Program-made: the position numbers and the translations under genes | Notes under the pieces: generated by a model | The model's database searches: none | What the model was told of the DNA's origin: nothing | Seen by the model: only the letters and a program-made list of their open reading frames with translations | Shown here: piece by piece, positions 11,580 to 21,649 of the stretch | How positions within the stretch are numbered: the stretch's first letter is position 1 | Layout of the letters: every line of letters begins with the position of its first letter | Source: Rhizaria sp. SCN 62-66 | Lineage: Eukaryota | Reading direction: 5' to 3' | DNA: 49,823 nucleotides | NCBI GenBank assembly: GCA_001724265.1 | Contig: MEDY01000409.1 | Span: 1-49,823, forward strand

Positions 11580-12645
11580 ATGGAGCCTCCCCATACTCCA
11601 GAGAAGGGCGCGCGGCCCTCCCCAGCTGATGCATCTTCTGCTTCTGGCGCTATGAGTGGCGCCAACATGTGCCCATTGACCCCTGATGGTGCGCTGCGCT
11701 CGTCATGTCATGCTGCGCAGATGCTGACCCCGGTGTAGCAGATGCTACGCACGAGGGCGCCGACCGGGCTGGAGCCGTTGCTCGAGGTCCGCGAGAAGAA
11801 CATCGTCTACTCTCGCCGGGTCAATGAGCTTCACTCGGACATGTACGTTGCGGCAATTCCTCTTCTATCTCTTCATCACTCTTATACCTCTCTGCTATCA
11901 ACCTCATCGCGCTTGCTTTCAGTATCTTCTTGTCCCTCTCATCTTCCCTTCTTCATGTTCACCTCGCACACATTGGCATTGCCATTTTTGCCCACGCGCA
12001 CTACCTGCGCCGCGCAGCATGACGAGCATGCACTCCGCGCGCGAGGCGCTATCGTTATTTTCCGCGACCTCTGAGGCGGAGCTCGTGGCCGTGCTGGCCC
12101 GGCTACAAGCGCAGACACCGCGCGTGCAGCGCCTGCAGGCCGCGCTGCAGCGCGTCTTCCAGCGCCTCCGCGCTATGCGCGCGCGCCTGCTCGCTGCGGG
12201 TGTGGACGTGCCGGGCGAGGAGGACCCGCTGCTGGCGCTGGAGCGCGCCGCCACGGAGGAGCTCGAGCGCCGCAAGGAGGCGCGCTGGCAGGAGCGCCTC
12301 GTGCGCCAGAAGGCGGAGCATGAGCGCCGCGCTGCGCTTGACGGCGCCGCCGCGCTTGAAGGCGCTGCTACGCTCGAAGGCGGTGCTGCAATTGACAGTG
12401 CTGACACCGCGAACGCTGGTGATGACGCTGCAACTGCAGGTGGTGACGGTGCTGCACAGGCCGCTGACGCAAAGGGCGGCACAGCAGTCAAGGGCGGTGA
12501 TGCAAAAGGCGAAAAGCTGAGACCGGTCGCTGAGACCGACGAACGCGCTGGGAAGATGGGCGATAAGGGTGATACAGCGGCAGAGTCGAGTGCTGAAGCT
12601 CTTACGAGCACGGGCGACGATGTGGATGGGAAGCCAGAACGCTGA
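11580..12645 (+). CDS. KXD1/BORCS4-like coiled-coil protein; exons 11580-11842 and 12018-12645, in-frame TAG at 11736-11738 if ATG 11580 is the start
   Basis: The spliced product HSDIMTSMHSAREALSLFSATSEAELVAVLARLQAQTPRVQRLQAALQRVFQRLRAMRARL resembles the KXD1 core (...FNNLS...HT...L..IF.RIR.LK.KL). Intron has a GTACGT donor and CGCAG acceptor. Start is uncertain (11580, 11652 or 11742). Stop is TGA. Confidence 0.55.
11843..12017 (+). other. Spliceosomal intron (175 bp)
   Basis: GTACGT donor, pyrimidine-rich body, CAG acceptor. Removal joins two GC-rich coding segments in frame (AT|C = Ile). Confidence 0.75.
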
Positions 12646-12915
12646 TGCGTGCCTGATGTGCAGACATTGAAAACAACAGCAGCGAGATTATCGATTCGTA
12701 TGGCGTCCAGCACGAAGGTCGAGAGCGGCCTGATCAATTGGTATTCGTGGTGACCGATCAAAGGCTGCGATATTAGATGGAGAGAACCAATACAATTGCA
12801 CAAGATTAAGTCTAGGGGTATCTTTATTAAGTTATAAGCATTGTATTATACAGTGCAGTACAATAAATTAACCTCTCCACAACCCTCTTAACTGTTGATA
12901 AGTGACAAGTCAATC

Positions 12916-12945
12916 ACCTGTAGTATTATTACCTGTAGTATTATT
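12916..12945. repeat. Short tandem duplication ACCTGTAGTATTATT x2
   Basis: Directly visible at 12916-12930 and 12931-12945 in a convergent intergenic spacer. Confidence 0.85.
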
Positions 12946-13364
12946 ATACTTTTTTGATCAGAGAACTTCAGATTAAGATAAATTCGCATTGTGGGACGTG
13001 TCATTATGCGAGTAGAAATATCCGAAATACCCGCTTGTTTTGCAGTAGTACGTTGAAATAGCTTGGATGTGCAGCAGACGTACTGTATTTCAATCAGAAT
13101 ATGATGTTTCAAGAAGAAAAAAAGAATATCATTTAATGAGTTCTGTATTGAGTTTTAGATAACGCGAACACTCTCGCGCCTCCGCCAAAGTCATTCGTGT
13201 ATACTCCGGCACGGCCTGACGCGGCCCGGCGACATTAAAAACCAAGAATTTGGAACCGATCACGTGTTATGCTGCCATATTGCTGGGAAATTAAAGCGCA
13301 ACACCGTCCAGTTCACGTGTGCATACACGGCGCACAGCATGCGTTCTCTTTTACTGCCGAGTGT

Positions 13365-14414
13365 TCAGTCCTCCGCGCCCTCGCCGTTCTCATCAGCGCC
13401 GCCACCGTCATCATCCCCGTTAGAGTAGTTATCCCCCTTTGTTTCCGCATCAGCCGCGGCCCCTGTCTCGGCCGCATTTCCCGCGGGCGCCGCCGCAGGT
13501 GGAGCCCCACCGTCTCCGCCCTCGTCCTCGCCGTCATTGGCACCAGCGCCCGCAGCACCGGCGTGACCAGGGTCAGCGTCAGCGTCGGCGGCGGCATTGT
13601 CGTTAGCAGATGCACCGCCGTTGCTGGCGGCGGCAGTGCTTGCGCTGACAGAGGCGGAAGCTGTGCTAGAAGCGGTGGCACGCTTTTGTTCAAGCTGCTC
13701 GCGGCGCTGCTGCTGCTGATGGCTCTGTTGTTTCTTGTCCGCGCGCGGCGGCGGCGCCCAGACAGTCGCAGGCACTTTCTCACGCTTGTGGTGCGCGTTA
13801 GGCACGGCTAGTGCGGCCCAGCGTACCGCCTCGGCCGCAGACGGCGGGTCCGCGTCGCGCGCAGTGAACCGCTGGCCGGGCACGGGGCCGTTGCCATAGA
13901 CGGGCTTCTCGGCGGCCGTCACGCGCTCGCGGCGGCGGTGCGGCGGCGGCGCGGCGAGGCGTTCGATGCGAGCCAGAGCTTCCCCAGTCAGCGGCGGCGG
14001 AGGCGCGGGCGCGGGCGCGGGGTCGGCGTCGCGGCGCGCGAAGTGGCTGCGCGGCGCGGGTGGCGCGTGGCGCGGCTCGGCAAGCTTGGTCAGGCGCGCC
14101 AGGTTCGCGGGCGGCGCGCTGGGCACGTGCGCGCGCTCGCGTGTGTAACGCGCCCACGTGCACGCTACCTGGGGGTTCGGGTGTACGTACGAGAAGCGGT
14201 CCAGCGCCTTCGGGTCACCAGTGCCCACCAGCGCCAGGCGTCGGCGGCGCTCCTCCGCCGCGTCATGCGGCTGCTGCTGAGAACCCGCGTCGCCGTCGCC
14301 GTTGTCGGGGTGCGTCTGGGCATAGTTCGCGTGGGCGTTGTTGTCGCGCTGCTGGTTGAGGCCGGAGTCGTGAGGCGTGTCGTTGTCATGATCGGCAGTC
14401 TCGTCGTAGTCCAT
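13365..14414 (-). CDS. Hypothetical 349-aa hydrophilic protein with three R-x-x-x-L-A-x-P repeats (possibly microtubule or cilium associated)
   Basis: ATG-started ORF spanning a GC-rich block between AT-rich spacers. Repeats RLTKLAEPR, RIERLAAPP and RWAALAVPN. Stop is TGA. Confidence 0.65.
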   Translation of the reverse strand: MDYDETADHDNDTPHDSGLNQQRDNNAHANYAQTHPDNGDGDAGSQQQPHDAAEERRRRLALVGTGDPKALDRFSYVHPNPQVACTWARYTRERAHVPSAPPANLARLTKLAEPRHAPPAPRSHFARRDADPAPAPAPPPPLTGEALARIERLAAPPPHRRRERVTAAEKPVYGNGPVPGQRFTARDADPPSAAEAVRWAALAVPNAHHKREKVPATVWAPPPRADKKQQSHQQQQRREQLEQKRATASSTASASVSASTAAASNGGASANDNAAADADADPGHAGAAGAGANDGEDEGGDGGAPPAAAPAGNAAETGAAADAETKGDNYSNGDDDGGGADENGEGAED

Positions 14415-14888
14415 GTGGCAAGTGCAATAGACGCGCGCGCAGTTTTTGTTAATGTGCAGACAAGAAAGTGAGAAGGAAACGCGTATGGCGGCCGCAGAGG
14501 AGTGGGTCGTTACTTGTTCAAGTAAGGCGTTCTGACAAAAGATTTCACAAGCCCACAGAAATCAAATGAAGAGTATGAATAATACAATTAACAGATAATA
14601 TGTACACCGCAGTCTAAATTGCGAACATGTTTCTTACAGTCGAAATGACGATGAAAAGTGCTCAATAGCTCTTGGTTTCATTCTCGACCACATATCCACC
14701 ATGCGCTGTGTCCTGCTTCGCTCAGACTTCAAAGCTTTCGAGCTGCGTTGCGGAAAACATTTATCACGCCTTGTTCACTCTGTGTAACTGACTGATAGCA
14801 CGAAATCCCAACTTTATTCTTGATATATTAGTTGTTGCTTTTATTAACTCACTCACAACAACGTCTTATTTAATCTCTGTATTTGCAG

Positions 14889-15613
14889 ATGGCCGACCAC
14901 TTCGCCAAGTTTGCCGCAATCTCTGCTCCGAGCAGGGGAAAGCGCGCCAACGACGGCAAGACCGACGACGACGGCATTTTCGACAAGAACTCGAAGCGTG
15001 CACGCAAGATTCAGGAGAAGCGCCTTGCACGCGCGGCTGCGGCTGAGGAGGAGGCGCGCAAGTACGAGAACGAGGAGGAGGACGAGGACGAAGAGGAGGA
15101 GGACGAGGTGCCGCTGCCCGAGGTGGACCCCGAGGAGCACTCGAACCCTCTGCTCGAGGTGCACCGCCTCTGGACCGAGTCCGCGCCTAAGGACATGGCG
15201 CGCGTGTTTGACCCGCGTCTGTCAACGGCGCGCCGCATCGAACTGCTGGGACTGCTGCCGACGCTGGCGCAGCGCAAGTACGCCTGGGCCATTCCCGACG
15301 CGCGCGCACTGGGACTGCTTTACACGCACGGCCCCATTGTTGAGGTTGCCGCGGGCAAGGGTTACTGGGGCTACGCGCTGCAGCGCTTCGCCGTCGAGGC
15401 CAAGCAGGCAGGCATCGGACACTGGAAGCCCGACGACCTGTACAAGGGTTTCGACGCCGCGCCCTACATCGTAGAGGGCGAGAACCTCGCTGAGCGCAAC
15501 AAGCGCGCCTTCGAGCACGAGCTGCGCCGCCTGGGGCTTGACCCTGAGGTTGAGGCGCGCCGCCTTGCCGCCATGGCCGACGGCAACGGCTCCGATGACG
15601 GCGAGGAAGGCGA

Positions 15614-15644
<31 letters not shown>

Positions 15645-17231
15645 ACCGCGTCCCAGACCGGCCCGCAGCACCCCAGTCAGCTCAAGGAGGGCGAGGTATT
15701 TGACTACCGCAAGTGGCGCAACAAGAAGCGCGGCGGGCGCAAGCGTCGCCAGCGCGAGCAGCGCGAGCAAGCGCGGCAGCGCGCGCTGGCCAAGGCGAGC
15801 GCGGCGGCGTCGTTCCAGGAGGACCGCGAGTGCCCGCCGTGGCTGCGCGTGAACCGCGCTGGTCCCGACGTTGCGGCCGAGTTCCCCGAGCACACGCTTT
15901 TTTTGTGCTACCCCGACGAGGGCGAGGCCGGCTACGTCCCCGCGGGCGGCGAGGAGGGCGAGGAAGACGACGAGGACGGCGCTTCTGGCGCTGGTGATGA
16001 CGACTCAAGCGCGGCGGCGGCAGCGGGCTACCGCGGCAAGTCCGTCGGGCTGCGCGCGCTGCTGGCGTACCGTGGCAACACTGTCATCGTTGTCGGCGAG
16101 TCGTTCGCGCAGACTGCGCAGGGCGGGAACCCGTGGGGCCGGTCTGCGATGAGCGAGTTCCAGCAAGAGCTCGCGTCGCAGTTCCACTGTGTGGTCCAGG
16201 TGCCGCTGCCCACGTGGCCCGGCACCGTCGACACGCTGTCGGTGTGGCGCCGCACGACGCTGTGCAGCGTCGTCGACTCGGTCGAGGCCGAGGAGGCGAT
16301 GCGCGTGGCAGCAGAGGAGCGCCGTCGCCGCGCCGCCAAGAAGCGCCGCGCACGCGCCGCCAAGAAGGCTGCCAAGGCGCTTGCACGCGACAACAGCGAC
16401 GACGAGGATGGCGCAGGCGCGGGCACCAAGGGCAAGCGCAAGGGCGGCAAGGGCGACGACAGCGACGACAGCGACAGCGACGAGGAGGATGACGAGGACG
16501 ACGAGGACGAGAGCGACGAAGACGACACGATGAAGTTCAATTTCATCCCTGCCCCCGAACAGATTCCGCTGCTGCGCGCGGCGCCCGTTGCGGCGCACTG
16601 GGCCGACGTGCCGCTCGGCGCCAGCGGGCTTGAGGCCGTGCGCGCTGCCCTGCGCAACCCGATCGCGTATTCGTCCGGCGCCACGGTCGGCGGCCGCAAT
16701 GCTGGCAAGGCGCGCGAGCCCAAGGCGGCGGGCAAGGACGGCAAGGACAGAGCGGCGGGTAAGACGGCGGCGGCGGGCGGCGACGACGACGGCGATCTGT
16801 CTGAAAACGACGACTTCGGGCTGGGCGTGGGCGATGCCGTGGCCGTGGCTGCCGCTAAGACGGGGCTCAAGACGGGCGTGCCCGTGGTGAGTCAGAAGAC
16901 GGCCAAGACGCGCGTCGTCATGAAGGCCAAGTCGGAAGAGGACGCAGAGGCCGAGTTCGCGCGCGCTGCCGCTGCGGCCGCCGCCAAGAAGGCTGATGCC
17001 GCCGACAAGAGCAAGGACAAGAAGAAGGACAAGAAGAAGGCCGATGGGGCTGAGACTGTGGAGCCTGTGGTGCGCCTGGCGGCCGTGCCCACTGTGGTCA
17101 GCGGCGATAAAGATGGCAAGAAGAAGAAGGAGACGCTTAAGGACCTCGGCGCTGAGTCGCTGCGCCTTATTATGGACGATGACGCGCCCAAGAAGTCCAA
17201 GAAGGAGAAGAAGGCTAAGAAGGACGAGTAA
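14889..17231 (+). CDS. Uncharacterised class I SAM-dependent methyltransferase-like protein with long acidic and Lys-rich low-complexity regions (about 780 aa)
   Basis: YAWAIP...IVEVAAGKGYW (SAM-binding motif I-like), LFLCYP, YRGNTVIVVGE and VPLPTWPGTVDTLSVWRR blocks. Strong codon bias. Stop is TAA. Confidence 0.7.
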
Positions 17232-17766
17232 GTGCAGCTACTAACAATGTCAACGCAGTACATATCGTGTATGCAATCCGTTTCGAACAAACATCAACTT
17301 GATCACAAATATCGTATGTCGTTTCATAAGTGCAATTAGTATTAATACATAGAATCTTGTTTTAACCTCATTAACATCCTTTGAAAGTTTGTATCGCCTT
17401 AGGTTACGTCACAATCAAATGATTTTGGTGCGTCTAATATATATCGACAGTTTAAAGTGTAGGTGTTCAATGATTAAATATGTATCAGGCTAAATTACCC
17501 TTCCTTTTGCTTTTTTGTAATTATTCTGCTTTGTTTTTGTTTGTTTGGTTGTTGTGATGTGTTAGGTCGTCTAGCGAAAAACAACAGACTTCAAAAGGAA
17601 GCGTGATTTACACCAAAAACAAATACAGAAAAAAAATTTATAATAATGTGTTCTCGATAACAAATAATTATCATCGATCTCGACAACACTGTGATGTGCA
17701 TAGGTATCCTCTTCTTCTTTGATCGCGCGCGAAAGCTCAACGACTCATATTGCTGTTGCTGCCTCT

Positions 17767-20700
17767 TCATGAGCGCTCGGCAAAGTCGTCCTCGGCAATC
17801 TCCTCGAGCTCGGACATCATGTTGAGCTCCTCCTCTCCTAGCAAGGCGAGCTGCTGCTCAGCATGCTCAGCGTCGATGGCCTCGACCTTCGTGTCACCAC
17901 GGAGCGTGGCGCGCATGGACGCGATGCGTGCGGCCGAGGCGGCGGCACTGACCATCTGCGTCTCGGGCAGCACGGTCGAGGCCATGCCGTCGAGCAGGTC
18001 GCCCGAGGAGCGCAGGAGCTGGCGCTCGGTGAGGCCGAGGGAAGTAAGCGTGTCCTTGCGGCGGTAGATGTTGGCGCGCGACATCGTGGGGGGCTCGATG
18101 GTGACCACGGACGCGTCCTCGGCGTCGTCGCCGAAGACACGGTCGATGTTTTCCTCGCCGTTGTAGCCCGTGTCCAGACGGAAGTAGCGGCCGTGGAAGG
18201 GGTCCACAGCGAGGCGGTCAAGCGCGACGTCGAAGCGGTCCAGCAGCGACTGCGTGCTCGCGTCGGCGGGGAAGTACTTGTACTCGTGGTCTAGCGCTTC
18301 GAGCTCGGCCATCTTGCTCGTCACCTCGGACAGCGTGGTGGCATTGAGGACGGCCGACACGCGCTGCGCGAGCGTGCGCGGCAGCTCGACGAGCTCGTGG
18401 TTGACGAGCTTCTCGATGTCGCGCGGCGACGCGGCGGCGATGAACTTCGTCGAGGCGATGATGGTGTCGCTAAGAAGGTCGTCGTCGAGCGGCATCGTCA
18501 TGTCCGACAGCGACGCGCCCGCGGGCACGGGCTCCGTCGCCACGCCGTTGGGCGGCGTCGTCTTGGGCGCGGCGCGGAGGACGTTAATGAGACGGCCCGA
18601 GAAGAGCGTGACGAGGCGCTCAACGCGCTCGTTGATGGCCGACTCGGCGACGCCCTCGTTGACGTGGACTTCGATGTTGTAGCCGTAGTCAGCCAGGACG
18701 TCGCGGTCCGCCTCGGGGCCCATCGGGTCGTGCTTGGACACCGTCTTGAAGCCACGCTGTCCCACGGGGCGGGACTCTTCGTCGGACGACACTTCGGCCA
18801 GCGGACGCGAGTGCGTCTTGTGCGCGCCAGAGATGGTGCTCTGCACCGTGAGCCACTGGCGCAGCGCGTCGTGGTCGTCGGGCGTCATCGACGACAGCAC
18901 GTCGTCCTCGGCCGCCGCAGCGGCGCTGTCAGACGCGGGGTTCGAGAGGCGCTGCGCCTGCAGCACCTGCTCACCCTCACTGACGATGGCACCACGGAGG
19001 ATCTCGAGGTTGGACACGGGGCGAGTGGAGATGTCGACGGCGCGCTCGAAGGCGTCGGTGGCGGCCAGCTTCGTCGCAGTCTCGCGGCCCGCGGCGGACA
19101 TGACGTCGAGGAACTGGGTGAAGGGCGGGTAGAAGCGCATCGACTCGGGCACCTGCTTGGCGTCGAAGATCTTGTCCATGGTGGACGCGAACTCGGCCTT
19201 CTTCTCGAAGTACGGCTGCAGCTGCGTGTACGCGGGGGTCACCAGCAGGTCGCGGTTGCGCACCACATCCTGGATCGCTTCAGAGAAAGCCGTGGCGGCG
19301 TCTTTCTCCAGGTCGCGCATCTCGGCCGCCGTCGGCGCGGGGGGATTCTTGAAGAACGGGTTCATCATAATCTGGAAGTGCGCACCACGGGCGAGAGCGA
19401 GCTCACGGAACGAGCGCTGCATGCGCATCGCCTCCATGAAGGCGCGGACACCGTTCCAGATGTTGTTGGCACCGATACGGCGCACGGTGGCGTCCTCGAA
19501 GCCCACCGCCTCGAGCAGAGTGTAGTACGCAGGCGAGGCGTGGAGGCCGAAACCACGGCCCTGGGGCTTGACGAGCACGCGCGTGCACTTCCACTTGGCC
19601 ATGACGTTCTGGAACGGGGTGCGGTGCTCGTGCATCGGGACGAAGAGCACGTTACGACGGCACTTGTAGATGGCGCGGCGCGTGGCCATAGCAGCGTTGG
19701 GACCCTTGCCACGGCCGAAGGTGATGACACCATTTTTGTTGCCCATGATGACAAGCGAGCAGTGCGACATGACACGGCCCGTGGACACGGTGCAGCGCAC
19801 AATCTGGTCGTACATTGCGTCGGTGAAGCGCATCATGCCAGCGAACTTGGTCCAGAACTCGGCGCGGCGCTGTTGCGCGGTGAGGAAGACGCGCATCTGC
19901 TCAGCGTTCTGGGCGTCGGGAGCGTTGTCCGACGTCGTCTGGGTCACCGCGACGGGGTCGTTGGGGTACAGCGTCTGCGACGCGTCAAACGCCTCGTACT
20001 TCTTCATCTCGCGGTCAAAGGCGTCGCGCAGGCGCGCGACCTTGCTGACCTCCTCGTTCGAGTCGGAAGACTTGAAGAAGCCGTCAACGGCCGTGTCGGT
20101 GGGTTGCTCGAAAGGCATAAACGTCTGCAGACGGGGGTGCACGTTGTTGGCGAAGAAGTAGTGGTCGGCCTTCTCCATGAACTTGCTGAAGCGTTCAAGG
20201 TCGATGTCCTTGAACCTGTTGGTGGTGTGAAGAAGGGAGATGCGAAAAGAGAGCGGTGCCCAGTGTGTGAGGGCGGGCGAAGAAAGAGGGTGGGAGTATA
20301 AAGGAAAAGTAGAAATGGCAAGGTAAGGTGTGAGAGAATAGGGATGGGATTTGGGCACAGTACTGGCAATAAGATGAAATATACGAACAAATAGCTTAAT
20401 GAATTAAACACAAGGGGAACAAAGCAAGGAAGGAGTGAAATGAACGTACCGGGTGGGCAGGGTAGCCTCACCGCTCTCATCACGGAAATACTGGCGATTC
20501 CAGAGGTTGGGGGTCGTGGGGCGCTCGGGGTTGTCAAGAACCTCAAGGTTGATGAAGTCGTTAAAGCCCGTGATCTGCTTGTAGGCGTTGTAGTTCGGGT
20601 CGTCGTCGTAGAGCTGCGCGACAGGGCTGGGACCGGGGGTGCCGGGAGCAGTGAGCGGCTTGGCCTTGTAGTTCTCAGGAACCTTCTGAAGCCACTCGAC

Positions 20701-20925
20701 GTCCAGCGGAGTGCGCATAAAGGCCGCCTGGTTGTTCTGGCGAGCGGAGCCCGCCTCATCCTCACCGGCGATGTCGGTCTCGTTGGCAGCGGCCGCGAAC
20801 GGGCGGACCGGCACAGCGGTCACAGTCGACTGGGTCGCGAGGGCACTCCGCAGGGGCACCAGAGCCGCATGACGTGCCACCCCGGCCAAAGCCTTCTGGC
20901 GAACACGTTGGCTAACCGAAAACAT
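17767..20925 (-). CDS. MRPS5: Mitochondrial ribosomal protein uS5m; exons 20925-20450 and 20215-17767, about 974 aa
   Basis: S5 domains: GRVMSHCSLVIMGNKNGVITFGRGKG, AIYKCRRN, AKWKCTRVLVKPQGRGFGL, LLEAVGFEDATVRRIGANNIWNGVRAF. Arg/Ala/Ser-rich N-terminus with no acidic residues, as in a mitochondrial presequence. Stop is TGA. Confidence 0.85.
20216..20449 (-). other. Spliceosomal intron (234 bp)
   Basis: GTACGT donor at 20449, pyrimidine-rich body, AACAG acceptor ending at 20216. CG|G = Arg keeps the frame. Confidence 0.85.
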
Positions 20926-21649
20926 GCCAAGCGTTTTTGTGTTGCGATTCACAAGCCTTCACAACGACGAATAATAATCTCCCAACCGCGCTCCCGGCCC
21001 CGCCCACCGACCCAGCCCCAGCCCAGCCGCTGCACAAAAACGACCGTGGGCAGTGTCCCGCTCTGCCTAAGGGCCTCTCCCCCTTACACTTGGGGCGATG
21101 CATATTGAGACACCTCTCGGGTTACTGACTTACTCCTTTAAAAGATATTCTCTTATTTTTAATCTATAGTAGGGCTTTTGTATACTAATCAAGAATTTAT
21201 TATCTCTTTTAATCGTTTTATGGTCTTATATCGACAGAATCCTGGAGAGATAGAGAGCCGTTGGGGGAAGATGTTACTATATTTTCTGCAATATCAAGCC
21301 CAATATAACTGTCAATCGAGATTATTACATGGTATCGTATACGTGTCTAGTTATGATATCGTGTGGTCAAAGTAGATCTTTATTTAATGCTTGCTATTGC
21401 TGACAAATTTACTGAGATAAGCAATCTTTGTTATGTTATGAACTAGTGGTCGCAACCCTACTTGCAGCGTTTAGCCATACAAGAAGATGCTGGATCAAAA
21501 TCTAAACAACGGTACCTGAGTCATAAATGAATGAGGGTTTTATTAAGTATCAGTGATGTTCTATACAGTCAAACAGTCTGCCGTGGCAGCCCCAAAGAGG
21601 CGCTCTGACCAGCGTCATGTTACGATTTTGCACAGCTAGCATGCGGCAT

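Noticed and set aside
18397-20301. Long antisense ORFs (634 aa opposite uS5m, 663 aa opposite THADA, 552 aa opposite CysRS, 401 aa opposite PRMT1)
   Set aside because: Shadow ORFs expected from high GC and strong codon bias; they have no recognisable motifs and the opposite strand carries the conserved gene.
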